Positions 1 to 9,839 of a stretch of DNA of 64,000 bases are shown piece by piece (the stretch's first letter is position 1; each line of letters starts with the position of its first letter). A program made the translations under genes and the position numbers. The notes under the pieces were generated by a model. It searched no databases. It had not been told where the DNA came from and saw only the letters and a program-made list of their open reading frames with translations. The DNA comes from an uncultured delta proteobacterium (GTDB lineage: Bacteria > Myxococcota_A > Polyangia > Haliangiales > Haliangiaceae). The DNA lies in assembly GCA_963743525.1 (NCBI GenBank), contig CAVUQH010000004.1, positions 480,001 to 544,000 of the forward strand, in the 5' to 3' direction.

Positions 1-2060
1 TGGCCGAGCAACTCACCAGCTTACCCGCAGAGCGCAGGCGGGTGGTCGAAGCCGCCAGCGGCTGGCAACGCGCCGTCCTCGGAGCACTGGCCGCGCGCCA
101 GATCGGACAGGGCGCCGAGCTGCGCTGGAAGCGCGACCTGCGCGTCGTTCAGCGCAGCCTGGAGCGGCTGATCGAGATCGCCGGAACCTGGCCGCTGGGT
201 GTGCCACTGGATCGCGAGGAGGTGACGTTGCACTTCGCGCGACACGACCTGGCGCGACTCGCGCGCCAGGCCTGCGCGGCGTTCACGTCCCTGGCCCGCG
301 AACGGCGGCTGGACTTCCGTGTCGATCTCCCCGAGTCACTCCCCGCCGAGATCGATGGCGCCAAGATCGAAGCGGCCATCGTCAACCTGCTCTTCAACGC
401 GTTCAAGATGACGCCGGTAGATGGCACCATCCGCATCGACATCGAGGTCAACGATCTGACCAGCGAAGCGCTGATGTCGGTGTCCGACAGCGGCCCCGGA
501 CTGCCACACGCCCACGTACACACGCTGTTCAACCGCCATCGCAACTGGGAGCGCAGCGCCAACCCCGACCGACTGGGGTTCAGCCTGGGCCGGTCGCGTG
601 ATTTCCTCGAGCTGCACGGCGGCGAGCTTCGCGCGGCGCATCGCTCGACCCGGCCCGGCGCCGAGTTCCTGGTGCGCATCCCGCTTCAGGCGCCGCTGGG
701 ACTCGACGTCGCCGGCGATGCGCCCGCCGAGTCCACCGATCTGCCCACCCGCGCGGCGCACATCGCCGGCGCCGAGTTGAAAGTCGAGGCCTCGCTGGGC
801 GAGAGCGCGCCCCCGCGCGACGAGCGCCCGCTGGTGTTGATCGTCGACGACAGCCGCGCGATTCACCGCGTGCTCGCCGCCGAGCTCGGCGCCACGTGTC
901 GCACGGCGTCGGCGTTCGACGGCACCTCCGGGCTGCAAAAGGCGGGCGAGCTCCGGCCGGACATGATCATCGCCGACCTGCAGCTGCCGGGCATGGACGG
1001 CAACACCATGATCCGGGCGCTGCGCGCACACACCAGCCTGTCCGAGATTCCGATCCTGGTGATCACGGGGCAGGATTCCAGCGAGATCGTGTCGCTGCTC
1101 GAGGATGGCGTGCAGGACGTCCTGCACAAGCCGTTCGTGCTGCCCGAGGTGCGCGCCCGCGTGCGCAACATCATCGCCGCCAAGCGAGCGCGCGACGTCC
1201 TGCGCGGCCTGGTCGGCGAGCGGGAGACCGACCTCGTGCGCCTGGCCGACGACGTCTCCCGCCACCAGCGACGACTGGAGGCGGCCCTGGACGAAATTCG
1301 CGTGGCCCGCGAGCTGGTCGAAACTGCAGGTCGGGTCAAGACCAACTTCCTGCGCATGGTCTCCCACGAGCTGCGAACGCCGGTGACGGCGCTGTCGCTG
1401 CAGCTCCAACTGCTCGCCCGCCAGCCGGCGGCGACGTCCTCCCAGCAGCGCGCCGATGGGCTGGCGCGGATGTCGCGTTCGATCTCGCGGCTGCTCCACC
1501 TCGTGGACACCGTCATCGAGTGGGCGCGGGTGGAGAGCGGCCGCTGTCACGTCACGTCCGAGCCGATCGATCTCGGGCAGCTCGCGGCCGGCGCCGTACG
1601 TGAGGTCGAGCCACAGACCCGCGCCAAGGCGATCGACCTGGTGCTGGACGCGCCGCCGCGCGACATGCCGCTGCTGCACAACGACCCCAGGCTGGTACGC
1701 CTGGTGCTGATCAATCTGCTCGAGCGAGCGGTACGCGTGAGCGAGACGGGGCCGGTCCGCGTGCGCGTGACCCACGGCGACGGCGGTCACCGGCTGCACG
1801 TGGTCGACGGCGCGCCCTCGATCACCGGGGCTCAGCGCTTCGATCTCTTCGAGCCCCTGCTGTCCACCGAAGATCTGGCGCTGATGAAAGGGGCCGGCTC
1901 CGGGCTCGGGCTGTACGTGGTCCGCGACATCGCGCGCGCCGCCGGCGGTGACGTCTTCCTTCGCGAAGACGAGCACCCGGGCAACGCCTTCGAGGTCGTG
2001 TTGACCGATCGCGACGCCGCCCCCACCCGTTCCGCTGAGGAGGTCACATGTCGTGGGTAG
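1..2060 (+). CDS. Hybrid sensor histidine kinase (HATPase-REC-HisKA-HATPase), probably 5'-truncated by the window edge
   Basis: NLLFNAFK and DSGPG boxes; receiver LIVDD..DLQLPGMDG..KPF; H-box VSHELRTP; GSGLGL. Confidence 0.85.
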   Translation, partial: AEQLTSLPAERRRVVEAASGWQRAVLGALAARQIGQGAELRWKRDLRVVQRSLERLIEIAGTWPLGVPLDREEVTLHFARHDLARLARQACAAFTSLARERRLDFRVDLPESLPAEIDGAKIEAAIVNLLFNAFKMTPVDGTIRIDIEVNDLTSEALMSVSDSGPGLPHAHVHTLFNRHRNWERSANPDRLGFSLGRSRDFLELHGGELRAAHRSTRPGAEFLVRIPLQAPLGLDVAGDAPAESTDLPTRAAHIAGAELKVEASLGESAPPRDERPLVLIVDDSRAIHRVLAAELGATCRTASAFDGTSGLQKAGELRPDMIIADLQLPGMDGNTMIRALRAHTSLSEIPILVITGQDSSEIVSLLEDGVQDVLHKPFVLPEVRARVRNIIAAKRARDVLRGLVGERETDLVRLADDVSRHQRRLEAALDEIRVARELVETAGRVKTNFLRMVSHELRTPVTALSLQLQLLARQPAATSSQQRADGLARMSRSISRLLHLVDTVIEWARVESGRCHVTSEPIDLGQLAAGAVREVEPQTRAKAIDLVLDAPPRDMPLLHNDPRLVRLVLINLLERAVRVSETGPVRVRVTHGDGGHRLHVVDGAPSITGAQRFDLFEPLLSTEDLALMKGAGSGLGLYVVRDIARAAGGDVFLREDEHPGNAFEVVLTDRDAAPTRSAEEVTCRG

Positions 2061-2551
2061 TCTGGCACGGTGACGACCCGGTCGAGGTGCCGCCGTACGG
2101 CCGCACCAAGCGGCCGCGCCTGCTTCTCGCCGAGGACGACGACGAGATCCGAACCACATTGGCCGACATCTTCGCGCTCGACGGATATCAGGTCACGGCG
2201 GCTCCAGACGGCACGCTGCTGGTGCAGTACCTCGAGCGCGCGCGTGACGCCCAACAGATCCCGCACGTGCTCGTGCTCGACCACCGCATGCCGGGCGTGT
2301 CCGGCCTGGAGATCGCCCGCGCGCTCCGCGAAGCCGGCTGGCCCATACCGATCATCATGATCACCGCGTTCGCCGGCGACATCGAGGCGATCGCTCGCAA
2401 CGCCGGCGCCGACGCGGTGTTTCAAAAACCGTTCGACGCCGACGATCTGCGCACCGCCGTCTACTACTGCATGCAGGACCGCGGTGGGCCTTTCCCCGAC
2501 GGATTCCCCCTGCCAGATCTGAGAGCTCCCGGCGACGATCGCGAGCCGTAA
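2048..2551 (+). CDS. Single-domain response regulator
   Basis: LLAEDD, DHRMPGVSG, ITAF, KPF receiver motifs; overlaps the kinase stop. Confidence 0.85.
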   Translation: MSWVVWHGDDPVEVPPYGRTKRPRLLLAEDDDEIRTTLADIFALDGYQVTAAPDGTLLVQYLERARDAQQIPHVLVLDHRMPGVSGLEIARALREAGWPIPIIMITAFAGDIEAIARNAGADAVFQKPFDADDLRTAVYYCMQDRGGPFPDGFPLPDLRAPGDDREP

Positions 2552-2617
2552 CGCATCCTACGCTTCGGCGTGCCATTGATGGCCGTCGGGGGCCGGCGTT
2601 AGAGTGTTGGATCGAAG

Positions 2618-4009
2618 GTGGGGACTGCGATCCATAGTGGCGCGCTGCGCATCCTGGTCGTGGAGGACGAGCGGGATATTGCCCATGCGCTGGTCGAGGC
2701 GCTGCACCAGGAGGGCTACCAGGCGAGCCTGGAGACCGACGGGCTGCGGGCGCTCCAGACCCTGAGGGAGCAGACCTTCGACCTGCTCATCTGCGACATC
2801 CGGCTGCCGGGTGCCGACGGCTTCGACATCCTCCGCAGCGCGCGCGAGACCAGCCCGGGGACGCCGGTCATCCTCATGAGCGCCTACGGCTCGATCCCGG
2901 AGGCCGTCGACGCCCTCCGCCTCGAGCACGCCGCGCACTACCTGGCCAAACCGTTCGCCATCGACCAACTGCTGGATTCCGTGGCCGAGATCGAGCAGCG
3001 CATCTCGCTGCAACGGGCGGCCCTGGTGTCCGGCGCCGGCGCGCCGGAGGAGGCGATCATCGGCCAGAGCGCGAGCATCAGCGCGCTTCGCGACTTCGTC
3101 CGCACCGTGGCCGACACCGACGGCCCGGTGTTGCTCACCGGCGAGACCGGTACCGGCAAAGAGCTGGTCGCCCACGTCATTCACTTGATCAGCCGGCGCC
3201 GAGACGAAGCGCTGGTCGCGGTCAACTGCGCGGCGTTCCCCGACACGCTGCTCGAGTCCGAGCTTTTCGGACACGAACGCGGAGCGTTCACCGGCGCGAG
3301 CCAGCGGCGCGAGGGTCGCTTCCGCGCCGCCGAAGGTGGCACCCTGTTCCTCGACGAGGTCGGAGACATCGCTCCCAGCGCCCAGGCCAAGCTGCTGCGC
3401 GTCCTCGAAGACGGTTCGTTCCAGCCGCTCGGCTCCGACACCACGTTGCACGCCGACGTGCGCATCCTGTCGGCGACCAACGCCGACCTGCGCGCCGGCG
3501 GCGACAATCGGCTCCGCGAAGACCTGTTCTATCGGCTCAAGCTGTTCCACGTGCATCTGCCGCCGCTGCGCGAACGGATGAGCGACCTGCCGCTTCTGGT
3601 CAAGCATTTCCTCGCCGAGCTGAGCTCGGGGCAACCGCCGGAGATCTCACCACGCGCGTGGGCGGCCCTGCGGGCACACGACTACCCGGGCAACGTCCGC
3701 GAGCTTCGCCACGCCATCCGCCACGCGCTGGTCATCGCCCGGGGCGACGAGATCGATCTCTGCCATCTGCCCCACGAGCTGCGCGGTGGCGCGCCCGCGC
3801 CGACGGCTGTGCCGCAGCTCCAGTCGCTGCAGGACGCCGAGCGCGCGTTTGCTCGCGACTACCTGTTGCGCGCGTTGCGTGCGACCGACTGGAATCGCAC
3901 GCAGGCGGCCAAGCTGTTGGGCATCTCGCGCAAGACGCTGTGGAAGCGGCTCCGCGATCTGGGCATTCACCAGGACGGCGCCGCGCCGGACTCCAGTACG
4001 ACTCCCTGA
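2618..4009 (+). CDS. Sigma54-dependent NtrC-family response regulator
   Basis: REC domain, GETGTGKE, ESELFGHERGAFTGA, LFLDEV, PGNVREL, Fis HTH (AAKLLGISRKTL). Confidence 0.95.
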   Translation: MGTAIHSGALRILVVEDERDIAHALVEALHQEGYQASLETDGLRALQTLREQTFDLLICDIRLPGADGFDILRSARETSPGTPVILMSAYGSIPEAVDALRLEHAAHYLAKPFAIDQLLDSVAEIEQRISLQRAALVSGAGAPEEAIIGQSASISALRDFVRTVADTDGPVLLTGETGTGKELVAHVIHLISRRRDEALVAVNCAAFPDTLLESELFGHERGAFTGASQRREGRFRAAEGGTLFLDEVGDIAPSAQAKLLRVLEDGSFQPLGSDTTLHADVRILSATNADLRAGGDNRLREDLFYRLKLFHVHLPPLRERMSDLPLLVKHFLAELSSGQPPEISPRAWAALRAHDYPGNVRELRHAIRHALVIARGDEIDLCHLPHELRGGAPAPTAVPQLQSLQDAERAFARDYLLRALRATDWNRTQAAKLLGISRKTLWKRLRDLGIHQDGAAPDSSTTP

Positions 4010-4051
4010 CCCGGTTTCGGTGCCGCGGCGCCCCCGTGTTATAGGGGGGCG

Positions 4052-4822
4052 ATGCGCGGTTTGGTTGGGCTCGCGCTCGTCGGGGTGCTCGTCGCAGGAG
4101 GCGAGGCTCGGGCGGGGATCGTGAACGTGCAGTCGGCGCTTTCGGCCAGCTCGGACGAAGGGGTGTCGGGCTCGGTGACCGGGAGCGCTGACTGGCGCAC
4201 CGGCAACACCGATCTGCTGGTGCTGGGGGCGGCGGCGGTGGTGCGCTATCGCCGCGGTGATCATCTGTGGCTGGGGATTGCCAAGGGCGATTTCGGCAAG
4301 AGCAACGGCGCGCGGATCATCGCCAAGACGTTCGCCCACCTGCGCTACCGCTATCGCTTTCACGCGCGGGTGCTGGGCGAGGTGTTCGCGCAGCACGAGC
4401 TCGACCAGTTTCGCCGGCTGGCGACCCGGGCGCTGGTCGGTGCGGGGCCGATGTTCGATCTGGTCGACCGGAAGGATCTGTCGGTGGGCGTGGGCGTGGC
4501 GTACATGCTCGAGTACGAGAAGCTGCGCAACGACGGCGCCATCGACGCCGGGGCGTCGGACATACAGCACCGGCTGTCGAGCTATGTCACCGCGCACTAC
4601 GAGCTGGACGATCACCTCGAGCTGGTGGAGACGGCCTATGCCCAGCCGCGGCTGACCGACGCCGCCGACTACCGGCTGCTGTCGGACTCGCAGCTGGTGG
4701 TCAAGGTGAACTCCAAGGTCTCGCTGACCACGACCTTCTCGGTGGCGTTCGACAACCGGCCGCCGGCGACGATCGAGAAGACCGACACCGCGCTCAAGAG
4801 CGCCGTCTCGGTCTCGTTCTGA
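4052..4822 (+). CDS. DUF481-like outer-membrane beta-barrel protein
   Basis: Signal peptide, IVNVQ start, amphipathic strands, terminal Phe. Confidence 0.75.
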   Translation: MRGLVGLALVGVLVAGGEARAGIVNVQSALSASSDEGVSGSVTGSADWRTGNTDLLVLGAAAVVRYRRGDHLWLGIAKGDFGKSNGARIIAKTFAHLRYRYRFHARVLGEVFAQHELDQFRRLATRALVGAGPMFDLVDRKDLSVGVGVAYMLEYEKLRNDGAIDAGASDIQHRLSSYVTAHYELDDHLELVETAYAQPRLTDAADYRLLSDSQLVVKVNSKVSLTTTFSVAFDNRPPATIEKTDTALKSAVSVSF

Positions 4823-5167
4823 TCAGAACGGCCACAGCGCCCAGGTGAAGTAGAGGCCGGCGAAGCCGACGGCGGTCAGCGCCCAGGCGCCGGCCAGGCG
4901 GTCGACGCTGGCGGGAAGCTCGCGGCCGGCCAGCCGCGCGGCAACGCTGACGATGCCGGCGCCGACCAGCGCGCCGCCGACGCCCCAAAGCACCATGCCC
5001 AGGTAGCTCATCTCCAGCGGCGCCGGCGACGAGGTCATGCGGAAGGCGCGGTCGAGGGGCGAGTAGACCAGCCGCGGCCACTTGCCGAAGTCGCACAGAA
5101 CGTAGGCCAGGCAGTAGCCGACGATGCCGCCACACGCGGCCAGATATCGCTGTTGCCAGCGGGGCAC
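4823..5167 (-). CDS. Small membrane protein (about 3 TM)
   Basis: Hydrophobic C-terminal part of ORF 4823..5755; GTG at 5167; fills the gap between neighbours. Confidence 0.6.
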   Translation of the reverse strand: MPRWQQRYLAACGGIVGYCLAYVLCDFGKWPRLVYSPLDRAFRMTSSPAPLEMSYLGMVLWGVGGALVGAGIVSVAARLAGRELPASVDRLAGAWALTAVGFAGLYFTWALWPF

Positions 5168-5193
5168 CAGGGCCAGTCTACCCGAACCCTGCG

Positions 5194-5202
5194 TGCTATA
5201 GT
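5194..5202 (+). promoter_or_regulatory. Extended -10 element (TGcTATAGT) of trxB
   Basis: TGn-TATAGT 10 nt before ATG 5213. Confidence 0.55.
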
Positions 5203-5212
5203 GCGCGGCCTC

Positions 5213-6157
5213 ATGGCAGACAAGGTCGTCATCATCGGCAGTGGACCCGCTGCCCACACCGCCGCCGTCTACACCGCTCGCGCCGAGCTGCAACCGGTGC
5301 TGTTCGAGGGCTTCATGGCCGGGGGCATCGCCGCCGGCGGACAGCTCACCACCACCACCGACGTCGAGAACTTCCCCGGCTTCCCCGAGGGCGTCGGCGG
5401 CCCGGAGCTGTGCGATCGGTTCCGCGCCCAGTCCGAGCGCTTCGGCACCCGCATCTTCACCGAGACGGTCAACAAGGTCGACCTGTCCAAGCGCCCGTTC
5501 CACTACGTCACCGACGAGCGCGAGGGCGACGCCGACTGCCTGATCATCGCCACCGGCGCCACCGCCAAGCGCCTCGACATCCCCGGCGCCGCCGAGGGCG
5601 AGCTGTGGCAGCGCGGCATCTCCGCCTGCGCGGTGTGCGACGGCGCCCTGCCCGCGTTCCGCAACGTGCCGCTGATGGTCATCGGCGGCGGCGACTCGGC
5701 CATGGAAGAGGCCACCTATCTGACCAAGTACGGCTCCAAGGTCTACCTGGTCCACCGCCGCGACGAGTTCCGCGCCTCCAAGATCATGCAGGAGCGGGTG
5801 ATGGCCAACCCGAAGATCGAGGTCCTGTGGTCATCCCAGGCAACGGCAGCGCTGGGTGACGACGGCCTGACGGCGGTGCGCATCAAGGATCTGAAGAGCG
5901 GCGACGAGCGCGAGCTCGAGGTCAACGGCCTGTTCTTCGCCATCGGCCATGTGCCCAACACCGGCTTCCTCGGGGGACAGCTCGAGACCGACGACCAGGG
6001 CTACCTGGTGACCAAACCCGACTCGACCGCCACCTCAGTGGACGGGGTGTTCGCCGCCGGCGACGTCCAGGACAAGAAGTGGCGACAGGCGATCACCGCC
6101 GCCGGGACCGGATGCATGGCCGCCCTCGAGGCCGAGCATTTTCTCGCCGGACACTGA
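5213..6157 (+). CDS. trxB: Thioredoxin-disulfide reductase
   Basis: [48 protein letters not shown]. Confidence 0.97.
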   Translation: MADKVVIIGSGPAAHTAAVYTARAELQPVLFEGFMAGGIAAGGQLTTTTDVENFPGFPEGVGGPELCDRFRAQSERFGTRIFTETVNKVDLSKRPFHYVTDEREGDADCLIIATGATAKRLDIPGAAEGELWQRGISACAVCDGALPAFRNVPLMVIGGGDSAMEEATYLTKYGSKVYLVHRRDEFRASKIMQERVMANPKIEVLWSSQATAALGDDGLTAVRIKDLKSGDERELEVNGLFFAIGHVPNTGFLGGQLETDDQGYLVTKPDSTATSVDGVFAAGDVQDKKWRQAITAAGTGCMAALEAEHFLAGH

Positions 6158-6190
6158 TTTCGGGCAGTTAGAAACCCGACGCTCATTCAA

Positions 6191-6219
6191 TGAGCCGGTT
6201 CCGCCGGGGCCCGCCACAT
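6191..6219 (+). promoter_or_regulatory. Putative ECF promoter, copy 1 (TGAGCCGGTT-N14-CAC)
   Basis: Same motif and spacing at 9762 and 10462; directly upstream of the ECF gene. Confidence 0.65.
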
Positions 6220-6232
6220 CGTAGGGTGAAGG

Positions 6233-6787
6233 ATGATGGCCGGCGGAGCACGCGTACGTCTCGAGGTCGTGGCGGACACCGATGAAGCGGTGCCCAGCCT
6301 CGAGACCGGCGATCTGTTCCGCCGCTACGCCCCGTACGTGGCCAAGATCGGCTACCGCCTGCTCGGTCGCGACGACGACATCGACGACCTGGTGCAGGAC
6401 GTCTTCCTCGCCGCCCACCGCGGACTGCGCAGCCTGCGCCAGCCCGAGGCGGTGAAAGGCTGGCTGGCCACGGTCGCGGTGCGCGTCGCGCGTCGCCGCC
6501 TGCGCCGCCGGCGAATGCTGACCGTGGTCGGCCTCGGCGGCCCCAACGATTATCAACACGAGGTCGTCGATCCCGCGGCGACCCCCGAGCAACGCGCCCT
6601 GGTCTCGCAGGTCTATCGCATCCTCGACCGACTGCCGGTCGATCATCGGATTGCGTGGACGCTGCGCCACGTCCAGGGCGAGACGCTGGAGCGCGTGGCC
6701 GAGCTGTCGGGGTGCAGCCTGGCCACCGCCAAACGACGGATTCGGGCCGCGGCCCTGGCTATCGAGGAGGAGGTGCCGAATGAATGA
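6233..6787 (+). CDS. ECF RNA polymerase sigma factor
   Basis: DDLVQDVFL, WLATVA (region 2); LERVAELSGCSLATAKRRI (region 4). Confidence 0.92.
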   Translation: MMAGGARVRLEVVADTDEAVPSLETGDLFRRYAPYVAKIGYRLLGRDDDIDDLVQDVFLAAHRGLRSLRQPEAVKGWLATVAVRVARRRLRRRRMLTVVGLGGPNDYQHEVVDPAATPEQRALVSQVYRILDRLPVDHRIAWTLRHVQGETLERVAELSGCSLATAKRRIRAAALAIEEEVPNE

Positions 6788-7916
6788 CCTGTCGGCACGC
6801 TTGCAGGAAGCGCTCGGTCGCATCGAGCCGTCGTGGGACGACGCCCGCAGCGAGCGGGCGTTGAAGGGCCTGCGCAAGAAGCGCCGCCGCCGGACGGCGA
6901 TGCGCGCCACCGCTGCGGCCGCGGCCATCGCCGCCGTCGCCGGAGGCGCCTGGGCGTGGAACCGCGCGAGCGGTCACCACGAACAGATCGCCCGCCCGAC
7001 CATGGTGCAGCCGGCGCCCGAGCAGCCGCGCCTGGCGCCGGAGAACCCGGACGACATCGTCATCCACGACGGCTTCGTCGTCGCGCCCGACGCCACCGCC
7101 AAGGTCGCCGTCGACCGCTCGCACGCCGGCGCCGTTCGCGTCAACGTCGTCGCCGGCAAGAGCCGCTTCCACGTCCGCGCCCCCGAGGCCGCCAGCGGCG
7201 TCGAGGTTCACGCGGGCAAGCTGGCGGTCACCGTCTACTCGAGCGAGTTCTCGGTGGCGCGCTACGCCGAGGTGTCCGAGGTCTGGTCGCACTCCGGCAC
7301 CGTCGAGGTGCTGTGGCAGGGCAAGAAGGTGGTCGTCGCCGAGGGCGAGCACCGCCGCTTCGATCCGGCCGCGGCGCCCGCCGGTGACGACAGCGACACG
7401 ACAGACGACGACAGCTCCGCGGAGCAGCCAGCCGCGCCGGCGCCGGTCCACCACCCGCGCCATCAGGCGACCGACTGGCGGCCGCTGGCCCGCGAGGGCA
7501 AATACGACGACGCGTACCGCCTGCTGTCGCGTGGCCATCTGGGCGCCGGTACCGCCGATCTGATGCTGGCGGCCGACGTCTTCCGCCTCAGCGGCCACCC
7601 GGCCGACGCCGTGGCCCCGCTGCAGGAGGTGATCGATCGCCACGCCGATGATCCGCGCGCGCCGCTGGCCGCGTTCACGCTGGCCCGCGTGCTACTCGAC
7701 GACCTCGGTCGCCCGACCGCGGCCGCCCGCGCCTTTGCCCGCGCCCGCGCGCTGGATCCCGACGGCGCCCTGGCCGAAGACGCGCTGGCCCGCGAGGTCG
7801 AAGCGTGGGCCAAGGCCGGTCAGGCGCAGCGCGCGCGCAGTCGCGCCGAGCTGTACCTCGAACGCCATCCCAATGGTCACCGTGCCCATGCTGTGAGACA
7901 GTATGGCGGTTTGTGA
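6780..7916 (+). CDS. FecR-like anti-sigma factor with C-terminal TPR
   Basis: TM helix, beta-rich FecR-like region, TPR-like LAAFTLAR..LAEDALAREV..YLERHPNG; coupled to the ECF gene. Confidence 0.8.
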   Translation: MNDLSARLQEALGRIEPSWDDARSERALKGLRKKRRRRTAMRATAAAAAIAAVAGGAWAWNRASGHHEQIARPTMVQPAPEQPRLAPENPDDIVIHDGFVVAPDATAKVAVDRSHAGAVRVNVVAGKSRFHVRAPEAASGVEVHAGKLAVTVYSSEFSVARYAEVSEVWSHSGTVEVLWQGKKVVVAEGEHRRFDPAAAPAGDDSDTTDDDSSAEQPAAPAPVHHPRHQATDWRPLAREGKYDDAYRLLSRGHLGAGTADLMLAADVFRLSGHPADAVAPLQEVIDRHADDPRAPLAAFTLARVLLDDLGRPTAAARAFARARALDPDGALAEDALAREVEAWAKAGQAQRARSRAELYLERHPNGHRAHAVRQYGGL

Positions 7917-8869
7917 ACACCGGTCGCCAGCTCGGCGTGGTGGCGCTCCTCGTCGTACTGGGAACGTCGAGCGCCGCCTGGGCCGATGACGGAGCAGCGG
8001 GCGTGACGCTCGAGATCGAGCCGTGCGTCCGCGCCGACGCTGCGGCCGTGCGCAAGTACTTCGAGCTCGAGCTGGGCAGCGAGCGCACCCGCGCCGCCGA
8101 CGGCGCGCACATCGAGGTCGCCTGCGCCGGCGACCTGATCGAGCTGCGCGTCAACGACCCGCTCACCGGCAAGTCGCTCAGCCGGCGCATCGATCCGGGA
8201 CCGCCGGCCGGCCGCAACCGACTGATCGCGCTGGCCGTGCTCGAGCTGCTGGTCGCCAGCTGGAGCGAGCTGGAGACCACGCCGCGCCACGTGGTGCCGC
8301 CGGCCGGCCCCACCCCCGATCCGGCAGCTGCCAGCTCGGCGCGCGCGCTGATCCGCCACCGCATTCCCCGCGACCGCGCCGACATGCAGATCGCGGCGGT
8401 CGGCGGCGTGTCCATGGGCGCCCCGGCGGTCGGCGTCGGCGTGCGCGCGATCCGTTCGGGCAACACCTTCGGCGTCGGCGTCAACGTCAGCGTTCGCCGC
8501 CAGGTGCGGCAAGTCGACCTCGGCACGATCACCGAGACCGAGATCGGCGGCGCGGTGATGGGCCTGGCCTACCATCGCCACGGCGCCACCTGGCTGCGCG
8601 GCGCCGTCGGCGCGCGCATGGCCTACGCCAGCGCCGAGGGCAAAGCCGCCAGCCCCGACATCTTCGCCGGCGAGGTCAGCGGCACCGCCGGCGGACCGCT
8701 GGTCGGTGCTGCCGCCGGTCTGTTGACCAAGGACGGCTTGACCGCCGGGCTGGCGGTCGAGGCCGGCTACCACCTCCTGGCCGTGCGCGGCCGGGTCGGA
8801 GGCGAGGTCGGCGCCGGCGCCCACGGCAGCTGGGTCACCGCCGAGCTGGAGGTCGGATGGACCTTCTGA
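7913..8869 (+). CDS. Exported protein with probable C-terminal OM barrel (ECF-module accessory)
   Basis: Signal peptide, RLIALAVLELL motif, Gly-rich strands, ends GWTF; GTGA overlap. Confidence 0.65.
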   Translation: MNTGRQLGVVALLVVLGTSSAAWADDGAAGVTLEIEPCVRADAAAVRKYFELELGSERTRAADGAHIEVACAGDLIELRVNDPLTGKSLSRRIDPGPPAGRNRLIALAVLELLVASWSELETTPRHVVPPAGPTPDPAAASSARALIRHRIPRDRADMQIAAVGGVSMGAPAVGVGVRAIRSGNTFGVGVNVSVRRQVRQVDLGTITETEIGGAVMGLAYHRHGATWLRGAVGARMAYASAEGKAASPDIFAGEVSGTAGGPLVGAAAGLLTKDGLTAGLAVEAGYHLLAVRGRVGGEVGAGAHGSWVTAELEVGWTF

Positions 8870-9738
8870 CCCGCATGTTGCTGGTCGCCGCGCTGCTCGG
8901 CGCCTGCAACACCGACGGCGACGTGCTCGGCGCCCGCGGCACCGACGGCGGCGCCGGTGCGACCGACGGCGGCGGTGGTGGCGGCGTGGACAGCGCCGAC
9001 GGCTGCCCGCTGCAGCCCGACTGCCCGCAGCCACCGCCCGGCGAGATCACGCTGTGTGGCCGCGTGGTCGACCTCGAGACGTCGCAACCGATCACCAGCG
9101 ACCCGCCCGACGTTCGGGTCTTCGATCCGACCACCCTGCGCAACGATCCGCTCAACGCGGTCGAGCTGGCCAAGGTCACCCCCGACGACTGCGGCTACTT
9201 CACCACCACGGTCAACGGCTCCAGCGAAGGGCTGCTGATACACACCGGCTCGATCTCGATCTTCTCCAACGATCCGCGCCGCGTCGTCAGCCTGGTGATG
9301 ACCCAGCCGGGCAACACTTACCGGCAGAACGCGTGGGTGTTGCGCCACACCGTCGACGAGACCTGGAGCACCGCCGCCAACCTCAGCGGCCCCAGCTTCG
9401 CCGAGTCTGGATCGATTCTGCCGATCTTCGTCGACCTCGACGGCTCACCGGCAGGTCCGCTGCAGGGCACGCCGGTCGCCGGCGTCGCCATGACCGCCGA
9501 CGGCTCGCCGATTACTCAGGACGCGTTCTTCTTCTCCGACGCCGACGCGCTGAGTCGGGCGACGCTCGCACCCGCGCAGGCGACCACCGGCACCGACGGC
9601 AGCGGCCTGTGGCGCTCGCAGGGCGGCGCCTTCTCCATGTTCTCGGGCAGCAAGAGCGGCTGCACCTTCCCCAAGGTGCAGGGCTCGGTGATCCTGGGCA
9701 TGGTGCAAGTGCAAGAGATCAACGGCACCTGCAACTGA
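8857..9738 (+). CDS. Lipoprotein, last gene of the ECF operon
   Basis: Lipobox LLGAC, DGG linker, overlaps the upstream gene. Confidence 0.7.
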   Translation: MDLLTRMLLVAALLGACNTDGDVLGARGTDGGAGATDGGGGGGVDSADGCPLQPDCPQPPPGEITLCGRVVDLETSQPITSDPPDVRVFDPTTLRNDPLNAVELAKVTPDDCGYFTTTVNGSSEGLLIHTGSISIFSNDPRRVVSLVMTQPGNTYRQNAWVLRHTVDETWSTAANLSGPSFAESGSILPIFVDLDGSPAGPLQGTPVAGVAMTADGSPITQDAFFFSDADALSRATLAPAQATTGTDGSGLWRSQGGAFSMFSGSKSGCTFPKVQGSVILGMVQVQEINGTCN

Positions 9739-9761
9739 AGTTCGCCGAGCACGCGGGAGCG

Positions 9762-9790
9762 TGAGCCGGTTTCGCATCCGGGCTGCACTT
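9762..9790 (+). promoter_or_regulatory. Putative ECF promoter, copy 2
   Basis: TGAGCCGGTT TCGCATCCGGGCTG CACTT. Confidence 0.65.
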
Positions 9791-9839
9791 CGATCCTGTA
9801 CCGCGAAACCCTCACCGCCGCCGGGAGCTGGAGGCCTGC

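Noticed and set aside
4007..4045. TGACCCGGTTTCGG as a fourth ECF promoter copy
   Set aside because: Mismatch in the -35 element and no CAC at the conserved spacing.
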